Positions 63,891 through 64,000 of a stretch of DNA of 64,000 nt are shown in pieces. The notes below the pieces were generated by a model. It did no database searches. It was not told the origin of the DNA and saw only the letters and a program-made list of their open reading frames with translations. The DNA is from Torpedo marmorata. Taxonomy: Eukaryota. The first letter of the stretch is position 1. Every line of letters starts with the position of its first letter. The stretch spans positions 30,690,001 to 30,754,000 of the forward strand of contig OZ360250.1 in NCBI GenBank assembly GCA_977017645.1, read 5' to 3'. Position numbers and translations under genes: made by a program.

Positions 63891-64000
63891 TTCCAATCTA
63901 CTTCCAAGTTAGGGTGGTGTGCAACTTAGAGAGAAAAATTGCGCATCTTCACATTGACATGTCCTTCCAGCTGGTAGAGGTCGTGAGTATTGGAGTCAGT

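Overview
This is repeat-dense eukaryotic DNA. The repeat families point to a cartilaginous fish, and a rapsyn fragment close to the Torpedo protein as I recall it suggests an electric ray or relative. I can support no intact host gene. The window is a mosaic of decayed or nested retroelements: CR1, Rex1/Babar, a full-length L1-clade copy with a 15-bp TSD, Tx1, a Penelope RT/GIY-YIG element, tRNA-derived SINEs and a solo LTR. It also holds non-autonomous DNA transposons (Tigger-like, hAT, Harbinger-like, Chapaev3-like), an 8.8-kb 37-bp minisatellite and two N gaps. The most striking feature is a 1,075-bp non-autonomous hAT element (37655-38729, perfect 8-bp TSD CCCAGAGA). It carries 43 codons of the acetylcholine-receptor clustering gene RAPSN, apparently across an exon junction. 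Part of that cargo is duplicated in inverted orientation, and a CpG-island-like segment lies between the copies. This looks like a Pack-MULE-like gene-capturing transposon in a vertebrate. A related element with different GC-rich cargo lies at 1881-2338. Family names and protein comparisons come from recalled motifs, not database searches.
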